From positions 32,001 to 96,000 of the forward strand of contig CAJWLU010000007.1 of the NCBI GenBank assembly GCA_913043225.1: DNA of 64,000 bases, written 5' to 3'. This DNA comes from an uncultured Acidobacteriota bacterium. Lineage in GTDB: Bacteria > Acidobacteriota > Vicinamibacteria > Vicinamibacterales > UBA8438. A model generated the notes under the pieces. It was given only the letters and a program-made list of their open reading frames with translations. It was not told where the DNA came from and did not search any database. Made by a program: the position numbers and the translations under genes. Shown here one piece after another: positions 25,759 to 36,060 of the stretch. Each line of letters opens with the position of its first letter. The stretch's first letter is position 1.

Positions 25759-28617
25759 GTGACAGATCGCATGTTCCTGGTGTCTCGCTCGGCGTTCGTA
25801 TTGACCGCGTATGCCGCGGCGCTGAGCCTACTTGCCCTGTCGGCGCCGGCCCGCGCGCAGTCTCCAACTCTGGCGACACGCTCGGCCTCAACCGTGACGG
25901 GGTCGGACATCGTCGTGATGCCGTTCGAGAACCTGAGCGGTCGGCCCGACGACGCATGGATTGGCGCGGGTATCGCCGAAACGGTCACCATCGCCCTGGG
26001 CGCGCATGGGGTAACCCTGCTGCCTGACACTGACGACAACGACACCCGTCGCACCGTCGCCGAGCAACTGGGTGCGGCCAAATCTTTGAAGGCAGGCCAC
26101 CTCATCACGGGTACCTACCAACGGATCGGCGACCTCATCCGGGTCACTACCAGGCTCGTCGACGTCCAGTCCGAGGTAGCGGTGCGCACCGGACAGGTCG
26201 ATGGGCACATCAATCACCTATTCGACACCCAAGACCGCGTAGCCGAGACACTGTCCCAGTGGCTGGACTCAGCGTTGCGCTCGGATCGGCCGAAGCCAAC
26301 CCCGAGCTCGGTCGTGCCCCCTTCAATGGGACCGGTCTCCGGAGCCCTACGGCTGGAAGAGGCTCCAGCGGAACGCGGAAACCCGGCGGGCAGAATGGCC
26401 GGCCTCTCGGCGGTTTCTCGCGGTCGGCCAACCACAACCATCGGCCGCACCGACGCTCCACCAAACATCGACGGACGACTCGACGACGCCGTGTGGAAAA
26501 CAGCCACCCACCTGACCGAGTTCATCCAGATCACGCCACTTGAGGGGGTGCCGGGCACCGAGGAGAGCGAGGTGTGGCTTGCCTACGACAGCAATCACAT
26601 TTACGTCGCCTTCTACGCGCACTACACCAATACAGGCGACATGCGCGTTAACCGGGCCGACCGCGACGAAATCCGGGGCGACGACCGGTTCTCCGTCCTC
26701 TTCGATCCATTCCTCGACCAGCAGCGGGCGTATCAGTTTGAAGTGAACGGCTTCGGTGTGCAGGCCGACTCGATCGTGAACGCCGACGGCAGCTCGGGCG
26801 TCTCGAGCAGCAGCGTACGCCCGCAGCAGACGGGCGGCGTGCGCCGGGTGGGCGGAGGCAGGGGGAGTGGACTGAGTGGCTCAGGACAGTTCGGCATTCG
26901 AGGTGATGCCAGCTGGAACACCCTCTTCACCACTGCCGGACAGCTCGTCGACGACGGATGGACCGCCGAGATGCAGATCCCGTTCAAGAGCTTGCGCTAC
27001 CCGGGCGGCGGCTCGGGCACGTGGGGCTTTCAAATCACGCGGATCATCCGCGACATTTCCGAGGCACAGACCTGGTCACCGATCTCGCGCGGTGTTCAGG
27101 GACAGCTCACCCAGTTCGGCCGACTCGAGGGTCTGTCCGGACTATCGACCAGCCGGAACCTCGAATTTCTTCCCGAGATCACCGGCATCCGATTCGGGTC
27201 GCTCGACACGGCCAACGGTCAGTTCAACGATCAGAGCCCGGATGGCGACGCCGGTCTGAGCGTTAAATACGGCGTCACGCCCAACCTCACGGCCGACATC
27301 ACCTTCAACCCAGACTTCTCGCAAATCGAATCGGACCGGCCGCAAATCGAAACCAATCAGCGGTTCGACCTGTTCTTCCCGGAGCAACGCCCGTTCTTCC
27401 TGGAGGGCCAGGAAATCTTCGGGACCCCGACCACCACCAACCTGCTGAACACCCGGACCATCATCGATCCGCGATTTGGTGGGAAGCTGACGGGCAAGGT
27501 CGGTCGGACCACCATCGGGATACTTGCAGCTGACGACGAGGCCGGCGGACTACTCGGCGCCCCACTCGACTCGCAGCTGGGACGCACCGCCCAGACCTTT
27601 GTCGGCCGCGCCCGGTACGACCTCTACTCCGAGTCCTATCTGGGAGCAATCGCCACGGCACGGCAGTTTGGTGACGACTTCAACCGTGTCGCCGGCGTCG
27701 ACGGCCGCTTCCGGCTCGGACGCACTCACCGGCTCAGCTTCATGGCGGTCGGCTCATCGACCCAGGAAACGGAAGGAGGCGAGCTGGCCGGGGCGGTGCT
27801 CGAGGCCGACTACACGCGACAGGGTCGAAACCTCGGATACGGCGCGTCCTACAGTAGTGTCGGTCCGGAGTTCCGGACCGCGACCGGCTTTCTGCCGCGA
27901 CTGGATTACCGGCAGGCGCTCGGCAACATCTCCTATCGCTTCTGGCCCGAGTCGGCCCTCATCACCTGGGGGCCGACCGTCGAATATCTGCGGCTGTACG
28001 ACCACGAGGGGATCTTGCAGGACGAGCAGCTTCAGGCCAGAGCGAGCTTCTCCTTCCAGAACAACATCTCGCTGAACGGCACGGTGAGCCAAGACTTGGA
28101 ACGGTTCAACGAGATCGACTTCCGCAAGACCGGCTACGGGTTCTTCGGCATCTGGAGCCAGCGGCTGGTCTCCATTCTGGGCGGCATGAACTGGGGCGAC
28201 GGCGTGCTCTTTAGCGACAACCCGTTCCTGGGGCGCAGCGTGACCGGCAACTTCCAGATCAGCGCGCGCCCAACGTCGCGGTTACGCGCCGAGTTGGTCG
28301 GCATTTTCAGTCAGTTCGTGGATCCGGCGAACGACTCGGAAATATTCGACGTGAAGATCTTCCGGACCCGGGCCACCTACCAGTTCACCAGCCGGATGCT
28401 GATGCGCCACATTCTCGAATACAACACGGCATCTCTGACACTCGGCAACAACCTGCTCCTCACCTACCGTATCAACGCTGGCACCGTCGCCTTCCTCGGC
28501 TACGACGACCGCTTCCAGAGCGGCTCGCTCATCGACTCGCTTCTCTTCGACACACGTCAACTGCAACGCACCAACCGCGCCGTCTTCGCGAAGGTCTCGT
28601 ATCTATTCCGCTACTAA
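25759..28617 (+). CDS. Outer-membrane DUF5916 protein with CBM9-like sugar-binding domain and N-terminal TolB/CsgG-like domain
   Basis: VMPFENLSG...WIGAGIAETV; PNIDGRLDDAVW; WTAEMQIPFKSLRY; NPDFSQIESD, FFPEQRPFFLEG; C-terminal SYLFRY beta-signal. Confidence 0.88.
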   Translation: MTDRMFLVSRSAFVLTAYAAALSLLALSAPARAQSPTLATRSASTVTGSDIVVMPFENLSGRPDDAWIGAGIAETVTIALGAHGVTLLPDTDDNDTRRTVAEQLGAAKSLKAGHLITGTYQRIGDLIRVTTRLVDVQSEVAVRTGQVDGHINHLFDTQDRVAETLSQWLDSALRSDRPKPTPSSVVPPSMGPVSGALRLEEAPAERGNPAGRMAGLSAVSRGRPTTTIGRTDAPPNIDGRLDDAVWKTATHLTEFIQITPLEGVPGTEESEVWLAYDSNHIYVAFYAHYTNTGDMRVNRADRDEIRGDDRFSVLFDPFLDQQRAYQFEVNGFGVQADSIVNADGSSGVSSSSVRPQQTGGVRRVGGGRGSGLSGSGQFGIRGDASWNTLFTTAGQLVDDGWTAEMQIPFKSLRYPGGGSGTWGFQITRIIRDISEAQTWSPISRGVQGQLTQFGRLEGLSGLSTSRNLEFLPEITGIRFGSLDTANGQFNDQSPDGDAGLSVKYGVTPNLTADITFNPDFSQIESDRPQIETNQRFDLFFPEQRPFFLEGQEIFGTPTTTNLLNTRTIIDPRFGGKLTGKVGRTTIGILAADDEAGGLLGAPLDSQLGRTAQTFVGRARYDLYSESYLGAIATARQFGDDFNRVAGVDGRFRLGRTHRLSFMAVGSSTQETEGGELAGAVLEADYTRQGRNLGYGASYSSVGPEFRTATGFLPRLDYRQALGNISYRFWPESALITWGPTVEYLRLYDHEGILQDEQLQARASFSFQNNISLNGTVSQDLERFNEIDFRKTGYGFFGIWSQRLVSILGGMNWGDGVLFSDNPFLGRSVTGNFQISARPTSRLRAELVGIFSQFVDPANDSEIFDVKIFRTRATYQFTSRMLMRHILEYNTASLTLGNNLLLTYRINAGTVAFLGYDDRFQSGSLIDSLLFDTRQLQRTNRAVFAKVSYLFRY

Positions 28618-28894
28618 CCGCCAAATTGCAGCCCCGGGGTAATCATGGCCAAAGTTCTTGAGGTCGCCAGCTCTACCTCGACTGGTGACAAGCGCTCCGG
28701 GCTATGGGACGACCGTCACCCAAAGAGGTCAATATCATTGCCTCTGGTCGAGACTGGTTCGATCCTGTATTAGCTGCAGAGACAATAACTTACAGAGCAC
28801 ATCAACCTTCACGAGATACTGGCACGGAATGTGGACTTCTTCTGGCCTAGATATGACGGGCGGACGACCGTCTTGGCCAGGAATGGAGGACACG

Positions 28895-29695
28895 ATGACA
28901 CGCGAACACACGATGGAACGTCGGATGGCCGGGTTGTTCCTGACGATGCTCTTCAGTGTCGCGACTGCCGCGACCGCGGCGACCGACGCCGACCTGACCC
29001 GAGAGGTAGAGAAACGTCTTGCCGACAAAGAGGTCGTCGGCTTCAACGTTTCGGTCCAGACCAAGGCTGCCGAGGTCACGCTTCGGGGCGAAGTGCCCAG
29101 CCTCTGGCATCGGGAATGGGCTATGGAAGAGGCGTGGAAGACCGACGACGTGGTGAGCGTCGTCAGCTACCTCACCATCCGGGATGCCGAGAGCACTCCC
29201 GACATGGCAAGGAACGTGACCCAGGCGATCACGGGCTACGGCTACTACACGGTATTCGACTACGTGACCGCCGAGATCCAGGACTCGGTCGTGACCCTGC
29301 GTGGTGTGGTCACGCATACGCCCGACAAACCGTCCGACCTGCGCGAACAGGTCTCGAAGGTGGCCGGCGTCAAAGGTGTAGTGGTCGACCTTGAAGTGCT
29401 CTCGCCCAGCAGCGGCGACTGGCAGATCAGGCGGTTGCTAGCTCGGAACATCTATGGGGTGGCGACCTTCGAGCGCTACCTGGGGGTAAACCCTGGCATC
29501 CACATCATCGTCCGTAACGGACACGTGACATTGCGTGGCGCGGTGCTGACCCACGGCGATCGTCTCCAGGTCGAGTCCGCGGCACGGCGCACCTTCGGCG
29601 TAATCAAGGTGCACAACGAGCTAAAAACCAAGGAAGACCTGGAAAAGGAAGCGACGCTTCTGGAGACCAACACCAAGGCGGCAGCCGCCAACTGA
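28895..29695 (+). CDS. Triple BON domain (OsmY-like) periplasmic protein
   Basis: GGAGG SD; three VTLRG-containing repeats; signal peptide. Confidence 0.88.
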   Translation: MTREHTMERRMAGLFLTMLFSVATAATAATDADLTREVEKRLADKEVVGFNVSVQTKAAEVTLRGEVPSLWHREWAMEEAWKTDDVVSVVSYLTIRDAESTPDMARNVTQAITGYGYYTVFDYVTAEIQDSVVTLRGVVTHTPDKPSDLREQVSKVAGVKGVVVDLEVLSPSSGDWQIRRLLARNIYGVATFERYLGVNPGIHIIVRNGHVTLRGAVLTHGDRLQVESAARRTFGVIKVHNELKTKEDLEKEATLLETNTKAAAAN

Positions 29696-29769
29696 CGACT
29701 CACCAGGCGAAGCGGCAGGCCAACGGCCCGCGGGCACCCATCGGAGGGCGCGCGCGGGCCGTTGTCGTG

Positions 29770-30450
29770 TCAGGGAACTGGCCGATCCGGCGCCCCCAAC
29801 AACAGTCGGTTCTTCTTGGTGATCTCGTCCGGAATGGTCTGGGTCCAGACCCGATAGTCGAATCGCTGCAGACGCATCACCCGCTCGATGTCGATCGCGA
29901 GCGGACCGTCGACCCAGCCGCCCAGTGAGCCGGTCGCTCCCGACTCCAGATGGTGACAACACGGCAAGACACCCACCCTGGCGCCGACATCGGTGGCGCG
30001 GTCTAGCACGAGGTCGGTCAGCCGTCCACACGCGTGACAGGACACTACGAGGTCGGAGGCCATGAGCTGGAACGAGGCAAGGTCGCCCGGCTCGAACGAC
30101 ACCCGACCCCGCAGTCGAGGCCAGACGGAGACAAGCGCCTGCTGAACGCGCGGCGCCGACTTCGGCGCCGCAGGGTCGACCACGACCGCCTCGGGCGACG
30201 TATCGTCGAGAAGGAGGAGGATCTGCCCCAGCAGACCGTGCCCCCCGGCAAGATCGACGATCCGGCCGCCCCTGAAGCGTCTTCGCACACGACGCGCCAC
30301 CTCCCACGCTTCATACAATTCCCGACGCGGCAGACAGCCGGCAGAGACCACTGCGCGACCAATCCGGTCGAACAGACGCTCGCTCGGGAACCGACGCAGG
30401 TCCTTGTCGGTAAGCCGTCCGCGCGCAGCCTTCGAGAACTTGGTGGTCAC
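29770..30450 (-). CDS. SAM-dependent methyltransferase (Methyltransf_32-like)
   Basis: VDLAGGHGLLG, HACGRLTD, VLPCCH, ITKKNRLLLG. Confidence 0.82.
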   Translation of the reverse strand: MTTKFSKAARGRLTDKDLRRFPSERLFDRIGRAVVSAGCLPRRELYEAWEVARRVRRRFRGGRIVDLAGGHGLLGQILLLLDDTSPEAVVVDPAAPKSAPRVQQALVSVWPRLRGRVSFEPGDLASFQLMASDLVVSCHACGRLTDLVLDRATDVGARVGVLPCCHHLESGATGSLGGWVDGPLAIDIERVMRLQRFDYRVWTQTIPDEITKKNRLLLGAPDRPVP

Positions 30451-31469
30451 CGCGATTCGTAGCGCTCGGGCAAAGCTGGCTGGAAGGTGGGAGGACTCCA
30501 GTGGTCAAAGCCCTGGAGAAACTCGACGGTCTCCTCCAGGGTCGCCGCCCCCTGGGTGTCGAGCGCCCGGCGCCACGCTTCCCAGTCGCGGCCATTTCCG
30601 CCCAGCAACACTGCCTGATCGCGGCGCATGGCGCGATAGTGGTCGTAACTGGCATAGCGCACCATCGTAACCATCTCGTCGTAGTCGTGGCTTTCCTCGG
30701 TCCGACTCGGCGCATCCGGATAGATCACCTTCCACTGACCGATGGGGCGGGCCCCGAGCTTCTCCTCGTAGGGCCACACCGACGCGAGGGTCGTCTCCAG
30801 GATGCGTTCGAAGCTTCCTTTCTCGATCCGGGCGTAGCGTAAGGCGATGGTGGCCACGCCGGGCTGCTCGACATCGTTCCGCACGGCGATCACGTCGTCG
30901 TCCGGACCGGGCACACCGGTGCCGATCTGTTCGTACTCCTCGGCGAGCCCGGGCAGAAACTGTGGCTTGATTGTCGCGGTCAGCCCTTGTAGGAAATAGC
31001 CGCCCTTTGACCCCTGGACTACCTCGCGACGGAGCCGACCGGCCAGGCCGCTGCGAGCGAGATTGGGCCCGTTCCCCGCCAGCGTCTGGGACAACGGTCC
31101 ACGCGTGTAACGCCAGTGCTCGAGGCTGGCGTATCGGGCCAGCCGATACCCTTCATCCCGGAGCGGCTCTTCCCCACCTTCTGGATACACCACCTGCCAC
31201 TGTCCTGTGATCCGGGTTCCGAGGCGTTCGTACCACGGCCACACGCCAAAACGGCTGGCCTGGTAATAGATGTCGTGAGCGCCCTTGTCAAGATACTGGT
31301 GCCGGAGCATCAACACCTCGTCGAACGGTCCCAGCGGACGCACGACCTCGTTGCGGGCGGGATGCGGATCTGGCGGAGCTTCGTTACGCGGAGCAGGCTG
31401 CGCGCTCGCAGCAAGAGGTCCCGCCAAAGTTACGACGATCAGGGTGGTAATGAGGTGGCGTCGCACCAT
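30447..31469 (-). CDS. Secreted protein with two tandem NIPSNAP-like repeats
   Basis: GGAGGAG SD; signal peptide; duplicated VWPxxExLGxRxxGQWxVxYP...RYASxxH motif. Confidence 0.7.
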   Translation of the reverse strand: MVRRHLITTLIVVTLAGPLAASAQPAPRNEAPPDPHPARNEVVRPLGPFDEVLMLRHQYLDKGAHDIYYQASRFGVWPWYERLGTRITGQWQVVYPEGGEEPLRDEGYRLARYASLEHWRYTRGPLSQTLAGNGPNLARSGLAGRLRREVVQGSKGGYFLQGLTATIKPQFLPGLAEEYEQIGTGVPGPDDDVIAVRNDVEQPGVATIALRYARIEKGSFERILETTLASVWPYEEKLGARPIGQWKVIYPDAPSRTEESHDYDEMVTMVRYASYDHYRAMRRDQAVLLGGNGRDWEAWRRALDTQGAATLEETVEFLQGFDHWSPPTFQPALPERYESR

Positions 31470-31571
31470 GCACTCCTCCACGAAAAATCGAAACCGGCGC
31501 ACTTCGCGCCTCCGCTAACCTGAGTGAGAATACACCTGGCGTTCAACTCGACCACAGTGAAGGTGAACACA

Positions 31572-32675
31572 GTGCACACACCCAATCGACAATGGTCACG
31601 ATGGCTGGCTATCCTCGTCTGTCTGGCGGCCGGACTCCTGGCGACGGTGGTCGGCACGAGCACCGCTCAGCCGGCCACGCACTTCGAGGTCGACCAGGAC
31701 TGGCCGCGGCTCCCCTTTGGCGAGCAATGGATCACGGGGGGGCTTGGCGGTATGTGTGTCGACCAGCGTGGCCATGTCTTCCTGCTCAACCGGCAAAACG
31801 TGGTCCCCGCCGACCTCGATGGCGCACGACTAGCCCCGCCAGTGATCGAGCTTGACCCGTCCGGCGCCGTGGTCCGGGGCTGGGGCGAACCGGCGCAACT
31901 CGGAGGACGGTTGCATGACTGCCACGCCGGTCCTGACGGCACGCTCTGGATCGTCGCCGCCGGAACCGGAGTCGTCCAACAGTGGCCCCTCGATGGCAGT
32001 CGTCTGCTGCGCCAGATTGGCGAGACCGACCGCTTCGACTCATCCGACGGCACCAGGGACGGTCGGCCGCTCAACTCCGATCGCGCCCAGTTCTTCCTCC
32101 CAGCCGCAATCGACATCCATGAAGAAAGCGGAGAAATCTTCGTGGCCGACGGCGAGCTGCCAGGCGGGAACCAGCGAATCGCCGTACTCGACGGCGACGG
32201 CCGGTTCCTGCGGCAGTGGGCGCTTCACCGCGAAGCGGACGATGACACCGCGGCGTTACCTCACTGCCTGCGTGTGTCGACAGATGGACTTGTCTACGTC
32301 TGCGATCGTCAGGCCGACCGGATCCAGGTATTCGACCGCATGGGGACCTTCGTCCGGAACATCGACGTACCGTGGACGCCAGTAACCCCGCCCCACTCCG
32401 AGCGAACCGGCACCCGCGGGTCGGCTGTGGCACTGGCCTTCTCTCCCGACGCAGACCAGCGCCTACTCTATGTACTGAACCAGAACAGGGTCATGGTTGA
32501 CGTGGTCGATCGGCGGAGCGGTGAGGTGGTCTCGAGTTTCGGCGGCGGTCCTGGACGCTATCCCACCCAGTTCACGCTACCGCACGGGATCGGCGTCGAC
32601 TCCCAGGGTAACGTCTACGTCGCCGAGCAAGAAGGCCGGCGAATCCAGCGGTTCACGCCAATTTCTTCCCGTTAG
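31572..32675 (+). CDS. Exported NHL-repeat beta-propeller (PAL-like)
   Basis: FEVDQDWP, IFVADG, LPHCL, VYVCDRQADRIQVF, FTLPHGIGVDSQGNVYVAE; start approximate. Confidence 0.85.
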   Translation: MHTPNRQWSRWLAILVCLAAGLLATVVGTSTAQPATHFEVDQDWPRLPFGEQWITGGLGGMCVDQRGHVFLLNRQNVVPADLDGARLAPPVIELDPSGAVVRGWGEPAQLGGRLHDCHAGPDGTLWIVAAGTGVVQQWPLDGSRLLRQIGETDRFDSSDGTRDGRPLNSDRAQFFLPAAIDIHEESGEIFVADGELPGGNQRIAVLDGDGRFLRQWALHREADDDTAALPHCLRVSTDGLVYVCDRQADRIQVFDRMGTFVRNIDVPWTPVTPPHSERTGTRGSAVALAFSPDADQRLLYVLNQNRVMVDVVDRRSGEVVSSFGGGPGRYPTQFTLPHGIGVDSQGNVYVAEQEGRRIQRFTPISSR

Positions 32676-32802
32676 TTCCTGTCTGACCAGACGCTCTGTT
32701 CGACTCGACCGTGGCCTACCGTCCGCCAGGCCACCCACGGCCGACAAGTGAGCCACGGCAAGGGTCTGTCAATAGCGGACCGCGTGCTACGATCCGACAC
32801 GC

Positions 32803-34449
32803 ATGAACCGTCGGCGTGAGGCAGCGCTCGTCGTGACCTTGGCGCTCGTCACGACCGCCGCCTTAACCTATCCGCTCGCGTTCCGCCTGGGCCACGGTGG
32901 ACGTGTCGACTCATGGGACGGGCTCTTCAGCATCTGGAACATCGCCTGGGTGGCCCGCACCGTGGTCGCCGAACCGTCTAGCCTGTTCCACGCCAACATC
33001 TTTCACCCCCATACGTATACGCTCGCCTTCTCGGAGGCGAATCTAGTCGCCGGGGTGCTGGCAGCGCCCGCCTACTGGCTGACAGGCAACATCTACGCAG
33101 CGCACAATTCGGCGGTCCTAATCTCGTTCGTGCTGGCGTTCGTCGGCGCCTATCTCCTAGTTCGGCACCTCACCGGGAACCTCGCGGCGGCGCTGGTCGC
33201 CGCGGTCCTGTTTGCCTTCTGTCCGTTCATCTTCGCCCGGAGTGCGCACATCCAGCTGTTGATGACCGCCGGGCTTCCGTTCTCGATGCTGGGCTTCCAC
33301 CGCCTCGTCGAGCAACCTGGCATCCGGCGCGGCGCCGAGCTTGGACTGCTGCTGACCATCACGGCGCTGGCCTGCGGCTATTACGGGCTGTTCGCTGGTC
33401 TCATGGTCGGCGTCGGCATCCTGTTCTACGCCACCACCGAACGGATGTGGCGATCGGTCGAGTTCTGGAGCGGCATCGGGACGGCGGTCGTGGTGGGCGC
33501 CCTCGTCACCGGCGTGTTCTTTCTCCCCTATATGGCCATCGGCGAGATCCACGGCTCCATCGCGCGCACGCTCGACGAAGCGCGCGTGTACTCAGCGGAC
33601 ACCGGGGCCTGGCTGGCCTCACCCGCCAGAGCCCACGGGTGGCTCCTCGCACGACTGGATGGCTGGTCCGAGGTCCTCTTCCCAGGATTTCTGCTCACCG
33701 CGCTGGCCGCAGGCGGCCTGGCCACGGCGCTGCGCTCGACGTTCGCCAGCGAGGCCCGGGGAGCACAGACGCGGGCTATCAGGCACGCCGCCTGGCTCTA
33801 CACGATCATCGGAGTACTCGCCGCCTGGGCCTCATTCGGACCGAATGCCGGGTTCTACACGCTGCTCTTCGAGACCATCCCTGGCTTCGGTATGCTCCGA
33901 GCCCCGGCACGCCTCGGCATCGTGGTGTCACTCTGCCTGGCGGTCGCCGCCGGCGTCGCGGTGACCCGATTGACCGCCGGCCGGCATGGGCACTGGATCG
34001 CAACCGCTCTGGTACTCGTAGGGTTGGCCGAGCTCGCCCCGGTCGCCTACCCCCACTACGAGGCTCCTCGGTTCCCTGGTGCCTATCGCATTCTGAGCAA
34101 GCTCGAGCCAGGCCCGGTAGCGGAGTTTCCGTATTACAACAACCGGTGGGACTTCCCGCGGCACTCGTACTACCTGGTCGGCTCCACTTCACACTGGCTG
34201 CCACTGGTCAACGGCTACTCTGACTTGATCCCGCAGGATTTCCGCGCCGAGGTCGACGAGCTAGCCCAGTTCCCGACCAACGCCGGCCTATCGTTGCTAG
34301 CGGCCCGAGACACGCGCTACGTCGTCTTCCACCGCGAGCTGTACGACGACGCCACCTGGAGGGAGATCGAGTTGCGGATTGCCGGTTTCAGACAGCTCCT
34401 GCCGATCTTCTGGGACGACGACGCATGGCTGTACGCCATCACGGAGTAG
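32803..34449 (+). CDS. Polytopic membrane protein, probable GT-C glycosyltransferase (YfhO/ArnT-like)
   Basis: Many TM segments; D..FSIWNIAW, ANIFHP..TLAFSE, LRAPAR, PLVNGYS. Confidence 0.7.
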   Translation: MNRRREAALVVTLALVTTAALTYPLAFRLGHGGRVDSWDGLFSIWNIAWVARTVVAEPSSLFHANIFHPHTYTLAFSEANLVAGVLAAPAYWLTGNIYAAHNSAVLISFVLAFVGAYLLVRHLTGNLAAALVAAVLFAFCPFIFARSAHIQLLMTAGLPFSMLGFHRLVEQPGIRRGAELGLLLTITALACGYYGLFAGLMVGVGILFYATTERMWRSVEFWSGIGTAVVVGALVTGVFFLPYMAIGEIHGSIARTLDEARVYSADTGAWLASPARAHGWLLARLDGWSEVLFPGFLLTALAAGGLATALRSTFASEARGAQTRAIRHAAWLYTIIGVLAAWASFGPNAGFYTLLFETIPGFGMLRAPARLGIVVSLCLAVAAGVAVTRLTAGRHGHWIATALVLVGLAELAPVAYPHYEAPRFPGAYRILSKLEPGPVAEFPYYNNRWDFPRHSYYLVGSTSHWLPLVNGYSDLIPQDFRAEVDELAQFPTNAGLSLLAARDTRYVVFHRELYDDATWREIELRIAGFRQLLPIFWDDDAWLYAITE

Positions 34450-34501
34450 ACGTCATCCGGTACGCCAACGCTCGACGCAATGTGGTACGGTTGACGGCTT
34501 T

Positions 34502-35257
34502 ATGAACACCATGGGGGCCACGCTGGGCGGTCTGTCGATCTTCTTTCCCGCGTACAACGACGCCGGCACGATCCCTAGCATGGTACTGGGGGCCGTGCTC
34601 GCTGCGCGACGGATCACCGACGACTTCGAAGTCATCGTGGTAAACGACGGCAGCCAGGACGCCACCGGGGCAATACTGGCCGAGCTGACCACGATGTGCC
34701 CCGCGTTGCGCGTAGTGGAGCACCCGCAGAACAGAGGTTACGGCGCCGCCCTCCGCACCGGATTCGCCTCGGCGACCAAGGAATTCGTCTTCTATACCGA
34801 CGGGGATGCTCAGTACGACCCACAGGAACTCGATCGGCTCTGGGCAAAGATGCAGCCGGGGGTGGACCTGGTCAACGGGTACAAGATCAGCCGGTCGGAT
34901 CCATTCCATCGGATCGTCGTCGGCCGGCTCTATCACCACACGGTTAAGCTGCTTTTCGGGCTACAGGTTCGGGACGTCGACTGTGACTTCCGGCTGATGC
35001 GCCGCGCAATCTTCGAACGCGTTTACCTCGAGAAAAGCAGCGGCGTGATCTGCCTCGAGCTGATGAAGAAGGTTCAGGACGCCGGCTTCAAGATCACCGA
35101 GGCCCCGGTGCACCATTTCCATCGCGCCTACGGCAAGTCACAGTTCTTCAACATTCGCCGGATCGGGCGCACGCTAGGTGACATCGTGAAGCTGTGGTTC
35201 GTGTTGGTATGGCGCCGCGACCGATCCTGGGCAGACCGGCCATCGTCGCCCGGGTAG
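34502..35257 (+). CDS. GT2 glycosyltransferase (polyprenyl-phosphate sugar transferase-like)
   Basis: LSIFFPAYND, VVNDGSQD, NRGYGAAL, YTDGDAQY, DVDCDFRL. Confidence 0.9.
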   Translation: MNTMGATLGGLSIFFPAYNDAGTIPSMVLGAVLAARRITDDFEVIVVNDGSQDATGAILAELTTMCPALRVVEHPQNRGYGAALRTGFASATKEFVFYTDGDAQYDPQELDRLWAKMQPGVDLVNGYKISRSDPFHRIVVGRLYHHTVKLLFGLQVRDVDCDFRLMRRAIFERVYLEKSSGVICLELMKKVQDAGFKITEAPVHHFHRAYGKSQFFNIRRIGRTLGDIVKLWFVLVWRRDRSWADRPSSPG

Positions 35258-35259
35258 AC

Positions 35260-36060
35260 CTACGAGGGACGCCTGGCGAGAGCCAACAGCGAGCTACCAC
35301 ACGGCAGGTCGACACGGCGCACCACGGCGGCTTCGATGGCCAGCAGCCGGTCGCAGACGAAGTTCACCAGCTTGGGCGGCACGGAAATTTCGTCGCCAGC
35401 CTCCTCCTCAAGCGCCAGCCCCATCATCCGGTGAACCAGACGCAACGGCAGCAAGATCGGAAGGATCGTCGCATTCGTATAGGTGAGCCGCTCGATGACG
35501 AACCCGCCGTCCTCAAGCAGCCTCCGGAGCCCGGACGCGTTGTAGCGCCGGAGCTCGTGCGCCAGCACCGAGTGATTTCCGGTTAGTATCGGCATCGCCG
35601 CCACGTTGACGACGGCGCGGCCGCCCGGGCGCAGCACCCGGTGCATCTCTGAGACAGCCGCCTGTTCGACCGGCGTCTCGAGGCAGTAGAGTACGTCGAA
35701 CGAGGTCACCAGATCGAACCGAGCATCGGCAAACGGCAGCGCATCCACGGTGCCCTGCCCGACACGCCGGCCATCGAACATGGCGCGCTTGACGCCCGTC
35801 CACTCCCGGTCGACCCCATAGGCGTCGCCGAACCCGGCCAGCATGGCCAGGTTCGCTCCGGTGCCGCAGCCGCAGTCGAGAATCTGCGGACGCGCACAGC
35901 CAGCCAGGGCCTCGGCCAACAGCGGACGTACGAAGCGCCGGAAGCCGCGGAACCAGAAATGGCGGTACTCGGCTAGCGCCGTGGCGTCGAGCAAACGGGC
36001 GAGTGAGGGTGAATCGGAGGCATCCGGAGGCGGAGATGAGGTGGCAGACGACACCATCAT
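35260..36060 (-). CDS. Class I SAM-dependent methyltransferase
   Basis: HFWFRG, ILDCGCGTG, LPFADARFDLV, RVLRPGG, HELRRY; start uncertain (ATG 36060/36057 or TTG 35994). Confidence 0.85.
   Translation of the reverse strand: MMVSSATSSPPPDASDSPSLARLLDATALAEYRHFWFRGFRRFVRPLLAEALAGCARPQILDCGCGTGANLAMLAGFGDAYGVDREWTGVKRAMFDGRRVGQGTVDALPFADARFDLVTSFDVLYCLETPVEQAAVSEMHRVLRPGGRAVVNVAAMPILTGNHSVLAHELRRYNASGLRRLLEDGGFVIERLTYTNATILPILLPLRLVHRMMGLALEEEAGDEISVPPKLVNFVCDRLLAIEAAVVRRVDLPCGSSLLALARRPS

Noticed and set aside
28820..28835. TGGCACG sigma54-like element upstream of the BON gene
   Set aside because: The -24 box is perfect but the -12 reads GTGG instead of TTGC; insufficient support
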